Source: Dokdonia sp.
Lineage (GTDB): Bacteria; Bacteroidota; Bacteroidia; Flavobacteriales; Flavobacteriaceae
Length of the DNA stretch: 64,000 nucleotides
Reading direction: 5' to 3'
NCBI GenBank assembly: GCA_020630915.1
Contig: JAHDIF010000010.1
Span: 30,210 to 94,209 of the forward strand
Positions within the stretch are counted from its first letter, which is position 1. Every line of letters begins with the position of its first letter. Shown one piece after another: positions 17,762 to 27,423 of this stretch. A program made the translations under genes and the position numbers. The notes beneath the pieces were generated by a model. It made no database searches. It saw only the letters and a list, made by a program, of their open reading frames with translations, and was not told the DNA's origin.

Positions 17762-18061
17762 TTAGATGAAATTTTTGGGCGGAGGTAAGTGAATATCTAC
17801 AGTAAAAGAACTCTCACCTAAAGAGTATGAACTATTGTAGCATTTAATATGTTCTATCGCTGCCAGCTGTGGCGTTACAAAGGTTTCAAAGAAAGTGTTT
17901 TTCTCCTCTAACTCTTTTTTGGTTTCTTTTTGAGTATCATCTTCACCTAGGTCGGTAGAAATTTCTATATCATAGTGGTCATTCCATATTGAAATGACGG
18001 ATGGCGTAACTATCGATGTAGATAGTATAAAAACTATTATGATATGTGACCACTTATACAT
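17762..18061 (-). CDS. Small hypothetical protein with N-terminal TM helix and C-terminal HLPPP motif
   Basis: 99 aa ATG ORF directly upstream of sulP. Confidence 0.65.
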   Translation of the reverse strand: MYKWSHIIIVFILSTSIVTPSVISIWNDHYDIEISTDLGEDDTQKETKKELEEKNTFFETFVTPQLAAIEHIKCYNSSYSLGESSFTVDIHLPPPKNFI

Positions 18062-18108
18062 GAACTATAAAAATAACTAATGTATATCATAAATAAGCTA
18101 AATAGCAC

Positions 18109-18882
18109 TTAAAAATCCTGTAATAATTTGATGTCTTCAGAAGGCAACCATCCCGTTTTCCCATCAATCAGTTGGATACGGTTCCAGTTGTTAACCTCTT
18201 CTAAGACCTGCACTTTTGTGCCTTCATGTAGCTTAAACGCAAGTGTGCTAGCAAGTGACGGCTCACTTTTTACTTCTGTTTCGGTAGCAAAAACAATGGC
18301 GGGGTTGTCGTTTTCTGCTTTCGCGAAAGCGCTATACGCAAAACTCAAACTAGCAATCGCTAGCAATAAACTCAAGGACGCAAGAGTAAAGAAGACTCTT
18401 TTCTTACCTGTACCGTAGCCAAAATAATAGCCTAGAAAGGCCAAAACAAACAGGATAACGAACACAATCGCGGTGATAGCCCATCCATCTACCGTGAGAA
18501 AAGTGATGGCCTTATTAATCCATCTCTTTACGGCATTTACAGGCATTGTCTCGATGGCATCTATCTTCATATTCTCTGCAAAGGCAGCATTGTTGCGTAT
18601 CTGACTGTCTGATGGGTCTAGTTGCAACGCCTTCTCGTAGTAAAAAACCGTTGGACCTATATTATTGAGTTTGTAGTTTGCATTTGCTAGGTTATAATAT
18701 AAAGCAGCGCTTTCTTGGTTTAAATCCAACACGCGCTTGTATGCGTCGATCGCTTCTTGATATCTACCTTGTGCATAATGATCGTTGCCTATTTTAAAAA
18801 TGGCCTCTGTATTTTGAGACCAGGCGATACTTGCGGTGAGCAGTATCCATAAAAAACTGTATGTTTTGAGTATTTTAACCAT
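18109..18882 (-). CDS. batE: BatE: TPR plus SH3 domain protein
   Basis: TPRs, TM pair, C-terminal LHEGTKV...GWLP; last gene of the bat operon. Confidence 0.9.
   Translation of the reverse strand: MVKILKTYSFLWILLTASIAWSQNTEAIFKIGNDHYAQGRYQEAIDAYKRVLDLNQESAALYYNLANANYKLNNIGPTVFYYEKALQLDPSDSQIRNNAAFAENMKIDAIETMPVNAVKRWINKAITFLTVDGWAITAIVFVILFVLAFLGYYFGYGTGKKRVFFTLASLSLLLAIASLSFAYSAFAKAENDNPAIVFATETEVKSEPSLASTLAFKLHEGTKVQVLEEVNNWNRIQLIDGKTGWLPSEDIKLLQDF
18317..18330. repeat. Iterated palindrome in batE (AFAKA)
   Basis: Exact match. Confidence 0.95.
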
Positions 18883-18883
18883 C

Positions 18884-20659
18884 TTACAGCTGTTTATCTA
18901 TCGTTGAAATTATACGTACGGCCTTATCATAATCTTGTTGCATGGCTACATCACTTGATGGTGTATAACGTGCAAACTCGCAACTTTCAAGTAGCCCTAT
19001 AAACTCTATAGCCGTTTGTTCTTGCACGTCTTTCTCTTTGAGCAGCCTAGAGATACGATCTTTACTCATATCACTTGTTTGGATATTGAGTTTTGCTTTG
19101 AGGTAATTGTGCAATGCACGTTCCATAGCAATGTAAAACTCTTTTTGATTACCAAGATTTTTCTTTGCGGTACTTAAAAACTTTCTGGCGAGTTTATCTG
19201 CTTTGCGTATTCTATTTCCTTGTACGTCATTTGAGACATTCTCCTTGCGTCTTCTTACAAGCATTGCGATAGGGATGAGTAAAAGAGGACCTCCCAAGAA
19301 TGCCCAGAATTTTGAAGACTGGAAGAAAGGCGTCTTTTTAGTACTTACAAGATTCCCTTCTGATTTGATGTATTGAAATTGCTTGTCTGCAGCAATGACT
19401 TGTTGTTTATTGCCCGCGTTTACCGTATTGTTGTTTGTTGCTGCAGTAGCATCTACAGGTCCGTTTAGAACTTCTACTACAATCTCGTCTGATGTTCCTC
19501 TTTCGTAACGTTCTGTTTTAGGGTTAAAGTAGCTAAACGATATAGCCGGTATGGGATACTTTCCTTTGTATTGAGGAACGACCGTATACTTATTGCGCTT
19601 AAGACCACTCATTCCGGAAAGATTGGTACGTACTTTATCTTGATTTTCTGGTTCGTACACTTCAAGTTTTCCTGGGAACTTAGGTCTAGGCAGATCAAAA
19701 AGTTTGAGGTTTCCATTTCCTTTGGCTTCTACACTTATTTCAAAAGCTTCCGTTGCGTCCAGTTGCTGCTTGTTTGTGTTTACTTCAAAATCAAAATCTC
19801 CCACGGCTCCGGTAAAATCGTCTGGTTTGCCATCTGTAGGTAGAGGTTTTACATTAATGGTTCTGTTTTTTGCAGCTACTGTAATATTTGCATTTCGCGT
19901 TAAGCGTCTCCCAAAAATATCACGTTTATTCGTAGGTACATCTACGGTAACACTTAGACTTAAGGGCTCTATATTAAGTTTTCCCGATTTAAGAGGATAC
20001 AGTACAGTACGTCTTAAGATGACATAACGGTAAGGCTCTCCTTTATACTCCCCATTATACACCTTAAATTGTTTCTCATCTACACTTTGGCTCCAGAAAT
20101 CCTCATACTTGGGGGAGTCTATCTCCCGCCAGTTGCTCACGCTAGTCTGTTCTGCAACGTATAACTTATATACTACAGTAAATGCTTCATTTATGTATGG
20201 ACTTCCCTTAGAAATCTCCGCTACAAGATGGATGTTTTCTGATGCTTGATAAAGGGCATTTGATCCATCTCCTGGTTTATCTACAGCCGCTGTTACTTCT
20301 ACCTCTACGGGAGTGGTTTTATAGGTCTCACCATTTACAGTGATTTCTGCCTGTTCTATGGTGAATTTACCTCTTTTCGTAGGTGCGAGAAAATAACTGT
20401 AGGTTTTAGAAAAACTACTTTTCCCGTTTACCCATTGCCTGCTTACCGATTGATTAGGACCTCCCGTAACAGTAAAACCACTAAAGCTAGGCGGATTGAA
20501 ATTATCGCCATCTTGATTCATTACAAAATCAATACGCAGGCGCTCATTAATGCCTAGTTTTTTACGATTTACTTTGGCATTAAACGACACATCGTCTTGT
20601 CCCCACACTGTGGTGACAGTAAGTAAAAGTATAGCGAGTATGTGTACTACTTGTTTCAT
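18884..20659 (-). CDS. batD: BatD family protein
   Basis: Repeated Ig-like BatD domains, AVGDF motif, C-terminal TM; start at ATG 20659. Confidence 0.9.
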   Translation of the reverse strand: MKQVVHILAILLLTVTTVWGQDDVSFNAKVNRKKLGINERLRIDFVMNQDGDNFNPPSFSGFTVTGGPNQSVSRQWVNGKSSFSKTYSYFLAPTKRGKFTIEQAEITVNGETYKTTPVEVEVTAAVDKPGDGSNALYQASENIHLVAEISKGSPYINEAFTVVYKLYVAEQTSVSNWREIDSPKYEDFWSQSVDEKQFKVYNGEYKGEPYRYVILRRTVLYPLKSGKLNIEPLSLSVTVDVPTNKRDIFGRRLTRNANITVAAKNRTINVKPLPTDGKPDDFTGAVGDFDFEVNTNKQQLDATEAFEISVEAKGNGNLKLFDLPRPKFPGKLEVYEPENQDKVRTNLSGMSGLKRNKYTVVPQYKGKYPIPAISFSYFNPKTERYERGTSDEIVVEVLNGPVDATAATNNNTVNAGNKQQVIAADKQFQYIKSEGNLVSTKKTPFFQSSKFWAFLGGPLLLIPIAMLVRRRKENVSNDVQGNRIRKADKLARKFLSTAKKNLGNQKEFYIAMERALHNYLKAKLNIQTSDMSKDRISRLLKEKDVQEQTAIEFIGLLESCEFARYTPSSDVAMQQDYDKAVRIISTIDKQL

Positions 20660-20673
20660 GCGTTGTTGCGAAT

Positions 20674-21564
20674 TTACCAATCTTTTTCTGTCTTCACTTT
20701 TGCACCCTTTTGCTTACGGGCATTAATTTTTTCTTGTGTTTTTTGTTCTTCATTACGCATGGCCTCTAGCAAGTTCTTTATTTGTTGCGGAGTTAATTGT
20801 CCTTGTTGAGGTTGTGGCTGCTGCGGTTTTTTCTCTTTTTCTTCTCCTTGGTCTCCTGGCTGTTCCTTTTCTTTCTCTTGTTCTTTTCCATCCTCGTCTT
20901 CTTTCTTTTCGCCGTCTTCTTCTTTTTCTTCACCTTTATCATCTGTCTCCTCTTCCTCTCCGTCTTCTCCTTCTTTTTTATCGCCGTCGCCGTCCTTGTT
21001 TTCTTCGTTTTTCTCCTTTTCTTGATTCTGGTCTTGGTCTTCTTTTTCTTGATCATCATCTCCGCCACCGCCACCGCCGCCGTTTTTTTCTTCTTCTTTT
21101 TTGGCTAGAGCAAGATTATATCGTGTTTCTTCGTCCGTAGGGTCGTTGCGCAAGGCATTTTTATAAGCTTCTACCGCTGCGCCAAAGTCTTCTTTTTGAT
21201 AATAGGCGTTGCCTAAGTTATGAAAAGCTTTGTGTCTTTCTTTTTTAGTTGTTGCAACTTGTGCAGCCTTTAAATGTGAAGAGATACTTTCTTCATATTT
21301 CTCTTTAGTATAGTAGTTATTTCCAGCATTATACTTAGCAGGTACACTGGCAGGATCAAGACCTATCGCTTGACGGTAGGAGGATTCTGCTTTCGCGAAA
21401 GCGTCTTCACTCGCATACTCATTTCCATCTATCACCAGATTACGTGCCTCTTCTGCATACGGATTTTCTGGTCCTTTTTTCTTTTTTTGCGCTACTGCCG
21501 AAAATGAAACTAACAGCAGGGCAACTCCTACTATGTAATATGTTCTGTTATTAGTTTTCATCAA
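20674..21564 (-). CDS. batC: BatC: TPR protein with acidic/Gln-rich low-complexity linker
   Basis: YNAGN and HNLGN TPRs, ALRNDPTDEETRYNLA, ends KTEKDW. Confidence 0.9.
   Translation of the reverse strand: MMKTNNRTYYIVGVALLLVSFSAVAQKKKKGPENPYAEEARNLVIDGNEYASEDAFAKAESSYRQAIGLDPASVPAKYNAGNNYYTKEKYEESISSHLKAAQVATTKKERHKAFHNLGNAYYQKEDFGAAVEAYKNALRNDPTDEETRYNLALAKKEEEKNGGGGGGGDDDQEKEDQDQNQEKEKNEENKDGDGDKKEGEDGEEEETDDKGEEKEEDGEKKEDEDGKEQEKEKEQPGDQGEEKEKKPQQPQPQQGQLTPQQIKNLLEAMRNEEQKTQEKINARKQKGAKVKTEKDW
21389..21402. repeat. Iterated palindrome in batC (AFAKA)
   Basis: Exact match. Confidence 0.95.
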
Positions 21565-22585
21565 ACAAATTCATTTTTTTAAGCCATCCCGTCTTACGAT
21601 CCAACAGGAAAATATCTAAAAACAACAGGAAAATTCCCGCTGCAAGAAACCATTGAAACTGGTCTTTAAAGTCAGCAAATTGCTTAGCCTCAAATTCCTT
21701 TTTGTCCATATTATTAAGGAGGTCTTGTACTTTTTCTAGCACCTCTGCGGTGTTTTTACCGTAGATATACTCTCCGTTTGCCTCTGCGGCAATCTCTTTG
21801 AGGGTGTTTTCATCTAGCTTGGTAATTACCGTCTCACCATTTTGATCTTTTTTATAAGACTGGATAATGCCGTTGCGTTTAAGAGGGATAGGACCTCCAT
21901 TTGCGTCTCCTACACCTATGGTAAAAATTTTAATCCCTTCTTCTTTTGCCTGCTCTGCAATACTGACAGCTTCTCCTACGTGGTCTTCACCGTCTGATAT
22001 GATAAAGAGCACTCTATTGGTTTGCTCCTCGTCGTTGTAATAGGTTTTTGCTAATTCTATGGCTTCTCTAATGGCCGTTCCCTGGCTCGAAAGCATATCT
22101 GTATTCATCTGGCTCAAGAATAGCTTAGCACTACTATAGTCTGTTGTGATAGGCAGCTGGGGATAGGCACTTCCCGCGTAGGCAATAATCCCTATACGGT
22201 CGCTCCCAAGATTATTAATAATTTGAGTGACAAGTTGCTTTGATTTCTCAATCCTATTAGGCGCTATGTCTTCTGCAAGCATACTTTTAGAAACGTCTAT
22301 GGCAAAGACAAGGTCAACACCCTCACGTTTTACGGTTTCTAGTTTTGTTCCCATTTTTGGATTTACAAGTGCGATCACTAAAAATAGAATAGCACCACAA
22401 AGCACGATTATTTTGAGTGCTCCTTTAAAAATGGAACTGTCTGGACTAAGTTTGCGCAGTAAAGCGGTATTGGCAAATCGTTTTTGAGCACGTTTTTGCC
22501 AAAACAGCAACAACCCATACATCACCAGTAATGCTGGGATGATGAGGAGTAACCAAAACCATATTTTTTCTTCTAATAGATACAT
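21551..22585 (-). CDS. batB: BatB: VWA domain protein
   Basis: MIDAS DVSKSM, DRIGIIAYAG, ISDGEDH. Confidence 0.92.
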   Translation of the reverse strand: MYLLEEKIWFWLLLIIPALLVMYGLLLFWQKRAQKRFANTALLRKLSPDSSIFKGALKIIVLCGAILFLVIALVNPKMGTKLETVKREGVDLVFAIDVSKSMLAEDIAPNRIEKSKQLVTQIINNLGSDRIGIIAYAGSAYPQLPITTDYSSAKLFLSQMNTDMLSSQGTAIREAIELAKTYYNDEEQTNRVLFIISDGEDHVGEAVSIAEQAKEEGIKIFTIGVGDANGGPIPLKRNGIIQSYKKDQNGETVITKLDENTLKEIAAEANGEYIYGKNTAEVLEKVQDLLNNMDKKEFEAKQFADFKDQFQWFLAAGIFLLFLDIFLLDRKTGWLKKMNLFDEN

Positions 22586-22591
22586 AGGGTT

Positions 22592-22605
22592 GCTTTCGCG
22601 AAAGC
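22592..22605. repeat. Iterated palindrome filling most of the batA-batB spacer
   Basis: Exact match in a 27-nt spacer. Confidence 0.95.
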
Positions 22606-22612
22606 GTATTTT

Positions 22613-23617
22613 TTAAACAAAACTTCTAAAAAGTGTAAACCGAAGAATCAGTTCTAATAGTAAAAGAGCGCCTGCTAATAGGATAAGCGGACGATACTTT
22701 TCTTCATAATTAGTGTATTTAAACTCTTCTACTTCGGTCTTTTCTAGTTTGTCTATTTCGTCATAAATTTCTTTTAATTTCTTATTGTTTGTAGCTCTAA
22801 AATATTTGCCACCTGTTACTTGTGCAATTTCTTTAAGCAGGTCTTCGTCGATAGTCACTTTTACATTATCGTAAACAAAACTTTTATTTGCGTTTACAGC
22901 CACAGGTGATAATGCCATACCATTTGTTCCTACACCAATAGTATAGGTTTTAATGCCAAATTCTAAGGCTAGTTCACTGGCAATTTTAGGATCAATAAAG
23001 CCAGCGTTGTTTTCTCCATCGGTCATTAAAATAATAACTTTACTTTGTGCTTTGCTATCCTTTAATCTGTTTACAGAGGTAGAAAGCCCCATCCCAATAG
23101 CAGTACCTCCTTCTATAATATTATTATAACGTATACTTTTAAGCGAGCTTAACACTATGGTTTTGTCACTGGTGATAGGCGTTTTTGTATAACTCTCACC
23201 GGCATACTCTACAAGACCGATACGATCGTTAGGGCGTCCTTTTATAAAATCTGCGGCTACTTTTTTGAGAGCTTCCAGTCTGTTAGGGCGCAGGTCTTTT
23301 GCCAGCATACTAGCAGAAACATCTATGGCGATTACAATGTCAATACCTCGTGTGCTTTTAGTGCGTGTAGATACATCTACCGTGCGAGGTCTAGCCATTG
23401 CTGTAATGAGTGCTGCTAGTGCCAATAATCGAAGAATAAACAAGAAGGGTTTAAGCTTGGGTAAAAAACTTGATCCAGCTTTAAATCCTTTGATACTCGA
23501 AATCTTTACAGAGGCATTTTGCTTTCGATACTTCCAGAGATACCACGCTAGTGCAACTGGAAGCCCTAGGAACAACCAGAAAAACTGCGGATTTGAAAAT
23601 TCGAAATTATCTAACAT
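22613..23617 (-). CDS. batA: BatA: VWA domain protein
   Basis: DVSASM, DRIGLV, GTAIGMGL, LMTDGENN. Confidence 0.92.
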   Translation of the reverse strand: MLDNFEFSNPQFFWLFLGLPVALAWYLWKYRKQNASVKISSIKGFKAGSSFLPKLKPFLFILRLLALAALITAMARPRTVDVSTRTKSTRGIDIVIAIDVSASMLAKDLRPNRLEALKKVAADFIKGRPNDRIGLVEYAGESYTKTPITSDKTIVLSSLKSIRYNNIIEGGTAIGMGLSTSVNRLKDSKAQSKVIILMTDGENNAGFIDPKIASELALEFGIKTYTIGVGTNGMALSPVAVNANKSFVYDNVKVTIDEDLLKEIAQVTGGKYFRATNNKKLKEIYDEIDKLEKTEVEEFKYTNYEEKYRPLILLAGALLLLELILRFTLFRSFV

Positions 23618-25299
23618 TATTTTTCGTCATTATTTTTTGTAAAATCAATACTGTTAATGACTCGCTCCGCAATTTTTTTGCTGTATGGATCGTCATCTTT
23701 CCAACTTATAAAAAGTTGAAAGTATCTATTGTCTTTTGCTTGAAAAGTGATAAGTGCATATTCCCCACTTGTCTTAGTTCCTTTTTCTTTATCTATAATC
23801 TGGGTGCCTGTTCCAAAAACCTTGAGACCAGCAATACCATTTAAAGTTTTGAATTCTTCTTCCTTAGTTAACCCTGCATTAAAGCCTTGGGCTTCAAACT
23901 GCGCTAGTTGACCTGTAATTAGTTGGGGAGCAGTAATTTCTAAAGATTTGTCTATTTTAAATTCAAAAACAGCAATGGTAACATTGGGTGGTGTTGTGGC
24001 CCAAGCAAATGCAGTGGTTTCTACTTTTCCTTTTATTTCTTCTGGAATAGGCGTATTTTGTCTTTCTAGTGCCTTTGGAGTACTTACTATCATTCCCGGA
24101 GCTCCATACTCACTGGTAATCCATTGTCCTTCGGCTAGTTCTCTGGTCGCGTTTCCTAGCACAAAGTCTTTTACCTCACTAAATCCTTTGATGGCAATAC
24201 CAATTCCTAAAGCCAGCACAAGGATTCCTAAAACTCCACCAGCTCCTGTGAGCCATAATTTGCGTTTACGACGACGTTCTATAGCCATACGATACATTTC
24301 GTCTCGCATGAGTTCTTCTTCGGTTGGAGCAGGTAGTACTTCTTTGGTTTGCTTTACAATTTGCTCAATAGCAATACGATCTGCAAGCGCTTTCCCTTCT
24401 GGCGGATTGATACGTGCAAACTTTACGAGATCTGCTCGTTGGAAAATGTCTTTTAAATTTTTAATAGTCTCAGGACTAAAATCTATATGACCGCTTTCTC
24501 TTTCGGCTTGTAGTCTATTTATAAGTTCTTCTGTAGTACTTTCTAGTGCCCGATCATACACCTTCTCGTCATAATACCTACGTATGGCGTCTGTAAGGGT
24601 GGTGTAATAGGCCTTGTATTGAGAATTTTCGATAAGGCCACTATCATCTAATGATTTTAAGGTAGCAAGTGCTTGCTCGAATGGTGGTATGTAACGTTCT
24701 TCTTCCTTCTTTTTCTTGTGCCTACGTAATAACCAGTATAAAAATAAGCCAATAGCCAGTGCTAGAGGTATCACCCAAGCAAGTATCTGTAACAGTAATT
24801 TTCCATAGTTTTTAGGAATTTCTATAGCAGGTTTAATGTCGTAAAGACCTTGGTTTACGGTATCTAAAACCACGTTTGCTACTTCTACTTTAAAAGAATC
24901 TGTCTCGATGGTTTGCGTCCCTACAATAATGCGTTGTCTGGGTATTTTATAAGACCCACTGTCAAACTGGGTAAGCCCGTATTTTTTAACGAGCGTCATT
25001 TTATAGTTGCCTTTGCTGTTGGGCGCTTTCGCGAAAGCGGTATCCACTTTATAACTCTCAATCACTTCCAGAGGAGAAAACGTCTGCCCTTCTGGAAAAA
25101 CTACAGTCGCGGTTTGATCTACCTCTGCAGTTACGGTGTATTTTATCTCTTCACCAATGCGTATGGAAGTAGTATCCACGGCCGTTGTAACCACAGGATC
25201 TGCTTGTGCTAGCCCTTGTTGTATGCAGCATAACACAAGAAGTGTCACTACCCAAAGGATAGATGTGTGTGCGGCGCTATGTGTATGTCTAGGGGTCAT
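23617..25299 (-). CDS. Bat-operon membrane protein (BatD-like N-terminus, DUF4381-like, extended C-terminus)
   Basis: 560 aa between DUF58 and batA; signal peptide, TM segments, FARINP motif. Confidence 0.7.
   Translation of the reverse strand: MTPRHTHSAAHTSILWVVTLLVLCCIQQGLAQADPVVTTAVDTTSIRIGEEIKYTVTAEVDQTATVVFPEGQTFSPLEVIESYKVDTAFAKAPNSKGNYKMTLVKKYGLTQFDSGSYKIPRQRIIVGTQTIETDSFKVEVANVVLDTVNQGLYDIKPAIEIPKNYGKLLLQILAWVIPLALAIGLFLYWLLRRHKKKKEEERYIPPFEQALATLKSLDDSGLIENSQYKAYYTTLTDAIRRYYDEKVYDRALESTTEELINRLQAERESGHIDFSPETIKNLKDIFQRADLVKFARINPPEGKALADRIAIEQIVKQTKEVLPAPTEEELMRDEMYRMAIERRRKRKLWLTGAGGVLGILVLALGIGIAIKGFSEVKDFVLGNATRELAEGQWITSEYGAPGMIVSTPKALERQNTPIPEEIKGKVETTAFAWATTPPNVTIAVFEFKIDKSLEITAPQLITGQLAQFEAQGFNAGLTKEEEFKTLNGIAGLKVFGTGTQIIDKEKGTKTSGEYALITFQAKDNRYFQLFISWKDDDPYSKKIAERVINSIDFTKNNDEK
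25025..25038. repeat. Iterated palindrome in CDS (AFAKA)
   Basis: Exact match, 16 bp with flanks. Confidence 0.95.
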
Positions 25300-25303
25300 T
25301 GGG

Positions 25304-26170
25304 TTATCCTCTTCGTTTAAAATAGCCTAATAATTTTTTGACATAGCTTTCATCTGTACGAACGTTTATGACTCCAGAACCACTGCGTTTAAAGGTCTCC
25401 TCATAATAATCTACACGCTCTTTGTAATGCGACTCATAATTGCGACGTATCTTTTTTGATGAGGTATTGATAAGTCGTAGCTCGCCGGTTTCTTCATCTT
25501 CCATTTGTACCATTCCTAGACTCGGGATGGATTGTTCACGCTCGTCGTATATGCGTACTCCAGTAATGTCATGTTTATTTGCTGCGATTTTTAAGGTTTG
25601 CTCATAATCTTCGGCAATAAAATCAGATAGGATGAAGGTGATAGCTTTCTTTTTCATCACACTACTTAAAAATTTGATCGCTTGTGCAATGTCTGTTTTC
25701 TTGGATTTGGGTTTAAACTCAAGTAGCTCGCGTATGATGCGTAACACGTGGGATTTTCCTTTTTTAGGAGGAATGTAGAGTTCTACTTCGTCCGTAAATA
25801 AGATGAGTCCTATTTTGTCATTGTTCTGCATCGCACTAAAGGCGAGTGTTGCAGCTACTTCGGTTACAATCTCGTTTTTGAATTGTTTGTCTGTTCCAAA
25901 AAATTCAGATCCGGAAACATCTGCCACAAGCATCATAGTAAGCTCTCGCTCTTCTTCAAAAACTTTAATGTAAGGCTCGTTATAGCGTGCGGTTACATTC
26001 CAGTCTATATTGCGCACATCATCCCCAAACTGATACTGGCGTACTTCAGAAAAAGTCATACCACGCCCTTTAAAGGTAGAGTGGTATTCTCCCCCAAAAA
26101 TGTGATCAGACAACCTACGTGTCTTGATCTCAATCTTGCGTACTTTTTTAAGAAGTTCTTTAGTATCCAT
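25304..26170 (-). CDS. DUF58 domain protein
   Basis: GRGMTFSEVRQYQFGDDVRNIDWNVTAR, VADVSGS. Confidence 0.93.
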   Translation of the reverse strand: MDTKELLKKVRKIEIKTRRLSDHIFGGEYHSTFKGRGMTFSEVRQYQFGDDVRNIDWNVTARYNEPYIKVFEEERELTMMLVADVSGSEFFGTDKQFKNEIVTEVAATLAFSAMQNNDKIGLILFTDEVELYIPPKKGKSHVLRIIRELLEFKPKSKKTDIAQAIKFLSSVMKKKAITFILSDFIAEDYEQTLKIAANKHDITGVRIYDEREQSIPSLGMVQMEDEETGELRLINTSSKKIRRNYESHYKERVDYYEETFKRSGSGVINVRTDESYVKKLLGYFKRRG

Positions 26171-26174
26171 AATT

Positions 26175-26259
26175 CGATTGGAGATTTTTGATTGGGGATT
26201 AACGATTGGAGATCTATAGTTCTTACATCAACAATCTTAATTCTTCAATCTTCAATCCT
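26175..26259. repeat. Inverted pair of degenerate heptamer arrays (nGATTnn x6, then CAATCTT-type x4)
   Basis: 7-nt periodicity in the moxR-DUF58 spacer. Confidence 0.7.
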
Positions 26260-27262
26260 ACGGTACTTCGATTTGATTTACAATCTTATTGATAATGTCT
26301 TCTGAGGTTACATTCTCTGCTTCTGCTTCGTAGGTGATCCCAATGCGGTGACGTAAGATGTCGTGTACTACGGCTCGCACGTCTTCTGGGATTACATATC
26401 CTCTTCGCTTTATAAATGCATAACATTTTGCAGCAGTGGCAAGGTTAATACTACCACGAGGAGAAGCACCAAAATTAATAAGTGGCTTAAGCTCCGCCAG
26501 TTTATAATTTTCTGGATAACGTGTCGCAAAAATGATATCAAGGATGTATTTCTCAATTTTCTCATCCATATAGACTTCTTGTACGGCTGCTTGAGCACGT
26601 AGTATTTGCTCTACGGTTACTACGGGATTAACTTTTTCAAAGCCTCCTTTAAGATTTTGGCGTATAATTAATTGCTCATCTTCAATTTTAGGGTAGTCTA
26701 TTACCGTTTTAAGCATAAAACGGTCTACTTGTGCTTCTGGAAGTGGGTACGTTCCTTCTTGCTCTACTGGATTTTGTGTTGCCATTACTAAGAAAGGCTT
26801 ATCCAAAATAAAGGTTTCATCACCTATGGTTACTTGCTTTTCTTGCATCGCTTCTAGGAGTGCACTCTGCACTTTTGCCGGAGCACGGTTAATCTCATCG
26901 GCGAGCACAAAATTTGCAAAAATGGGGCCTTTCTTGATACTAAAATCATTTTCCTTCATATTGTAGATGAGTGTACCCACAACATCTGCTGGAAGCAAAT
27001 CTGGTGTAAACTGTATACGACTAAAAGATCCTTTTACAGCTTGAGAAAGTGTGTTAATTGCAAGTGTTTTTGCCAGTCCAGGAACTCCTTCTAGTAAAAT
27101 ATGACCCCTTCCCAAAAGTCCAATAAGCAATCGCTCTACCATATGCTTCTGGCCTACAATCACTTTATTCATCTCCATAGTGAGAATATCTATAAATGCA
27201 CTCTCACGCTCGATCTTTTCATTAATCGCACCTATATCTATTGCTGTCGTATTTTCTTCCAT
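26258..27262 (-). CDS. moxR: MoxR family AAA+ ATPase
   Basis: GVPGLAKT, RIQFTPDLLPAD, LADEINRAPAKVQSALLEAM; start at MEENTT. Confidence 0.95.
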   Translation of the reverse strand: MEENTTAIDIGAINEKIERESAFIDILTMEMNKVIVGQKHMVERLLIGLLGRGHILLEGVPGLAKTLAINTLSQAVKGSFSRIQFTPDLLPADVVGTLIYNMKENDFSIKKGPIFANFVLADEINRAPAKVQSALLEAMQEKQVTIGDETFILDKPFLVMATQNPVEQEGTYPLPEAQVDRFMLKTVIDYPKIEDEQLIIRQNLKGGFEKVNPVVTVEQILRAQAAVQEVYMDEKIEKYILDIIFATRYPENYKLAELKPLINFGASPRGSINLATAAKCYAFIKRRGYVIPEDVRAVVHDILRHRIGITYEAEAENVTSEDIINKIVNQIEVP

Positions 27263-27423
27263 AAATTCTATTTTAGATTTTGGGATTTTAAAACGTTGCA
27301 AAGTGGGGTTTTATTACCAAAATCCTTGTTAACAATTGGTTAAAAATTCTTTTAAATAAAGGGCTTCCCGAGCGAAATCCTATCTTGGGATCACCTATTT
27401 TTAATAAGAACGCAAAATAAAAA

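Noticed and set aside
20736-21140. Hydrophobic and Lys-rich ORFs overlapping batC
   Set aside because: By-products of the purine-rich low-complexity E/K/D linker of batC
27325-27337. CTTGTTAACAATT, identical at 62625-62637, as a shared operator
   Set aside because: A 13-bp AT-rich match between two sites is expected by chance in 64 kb, and the flanked genes are functionally unrelated
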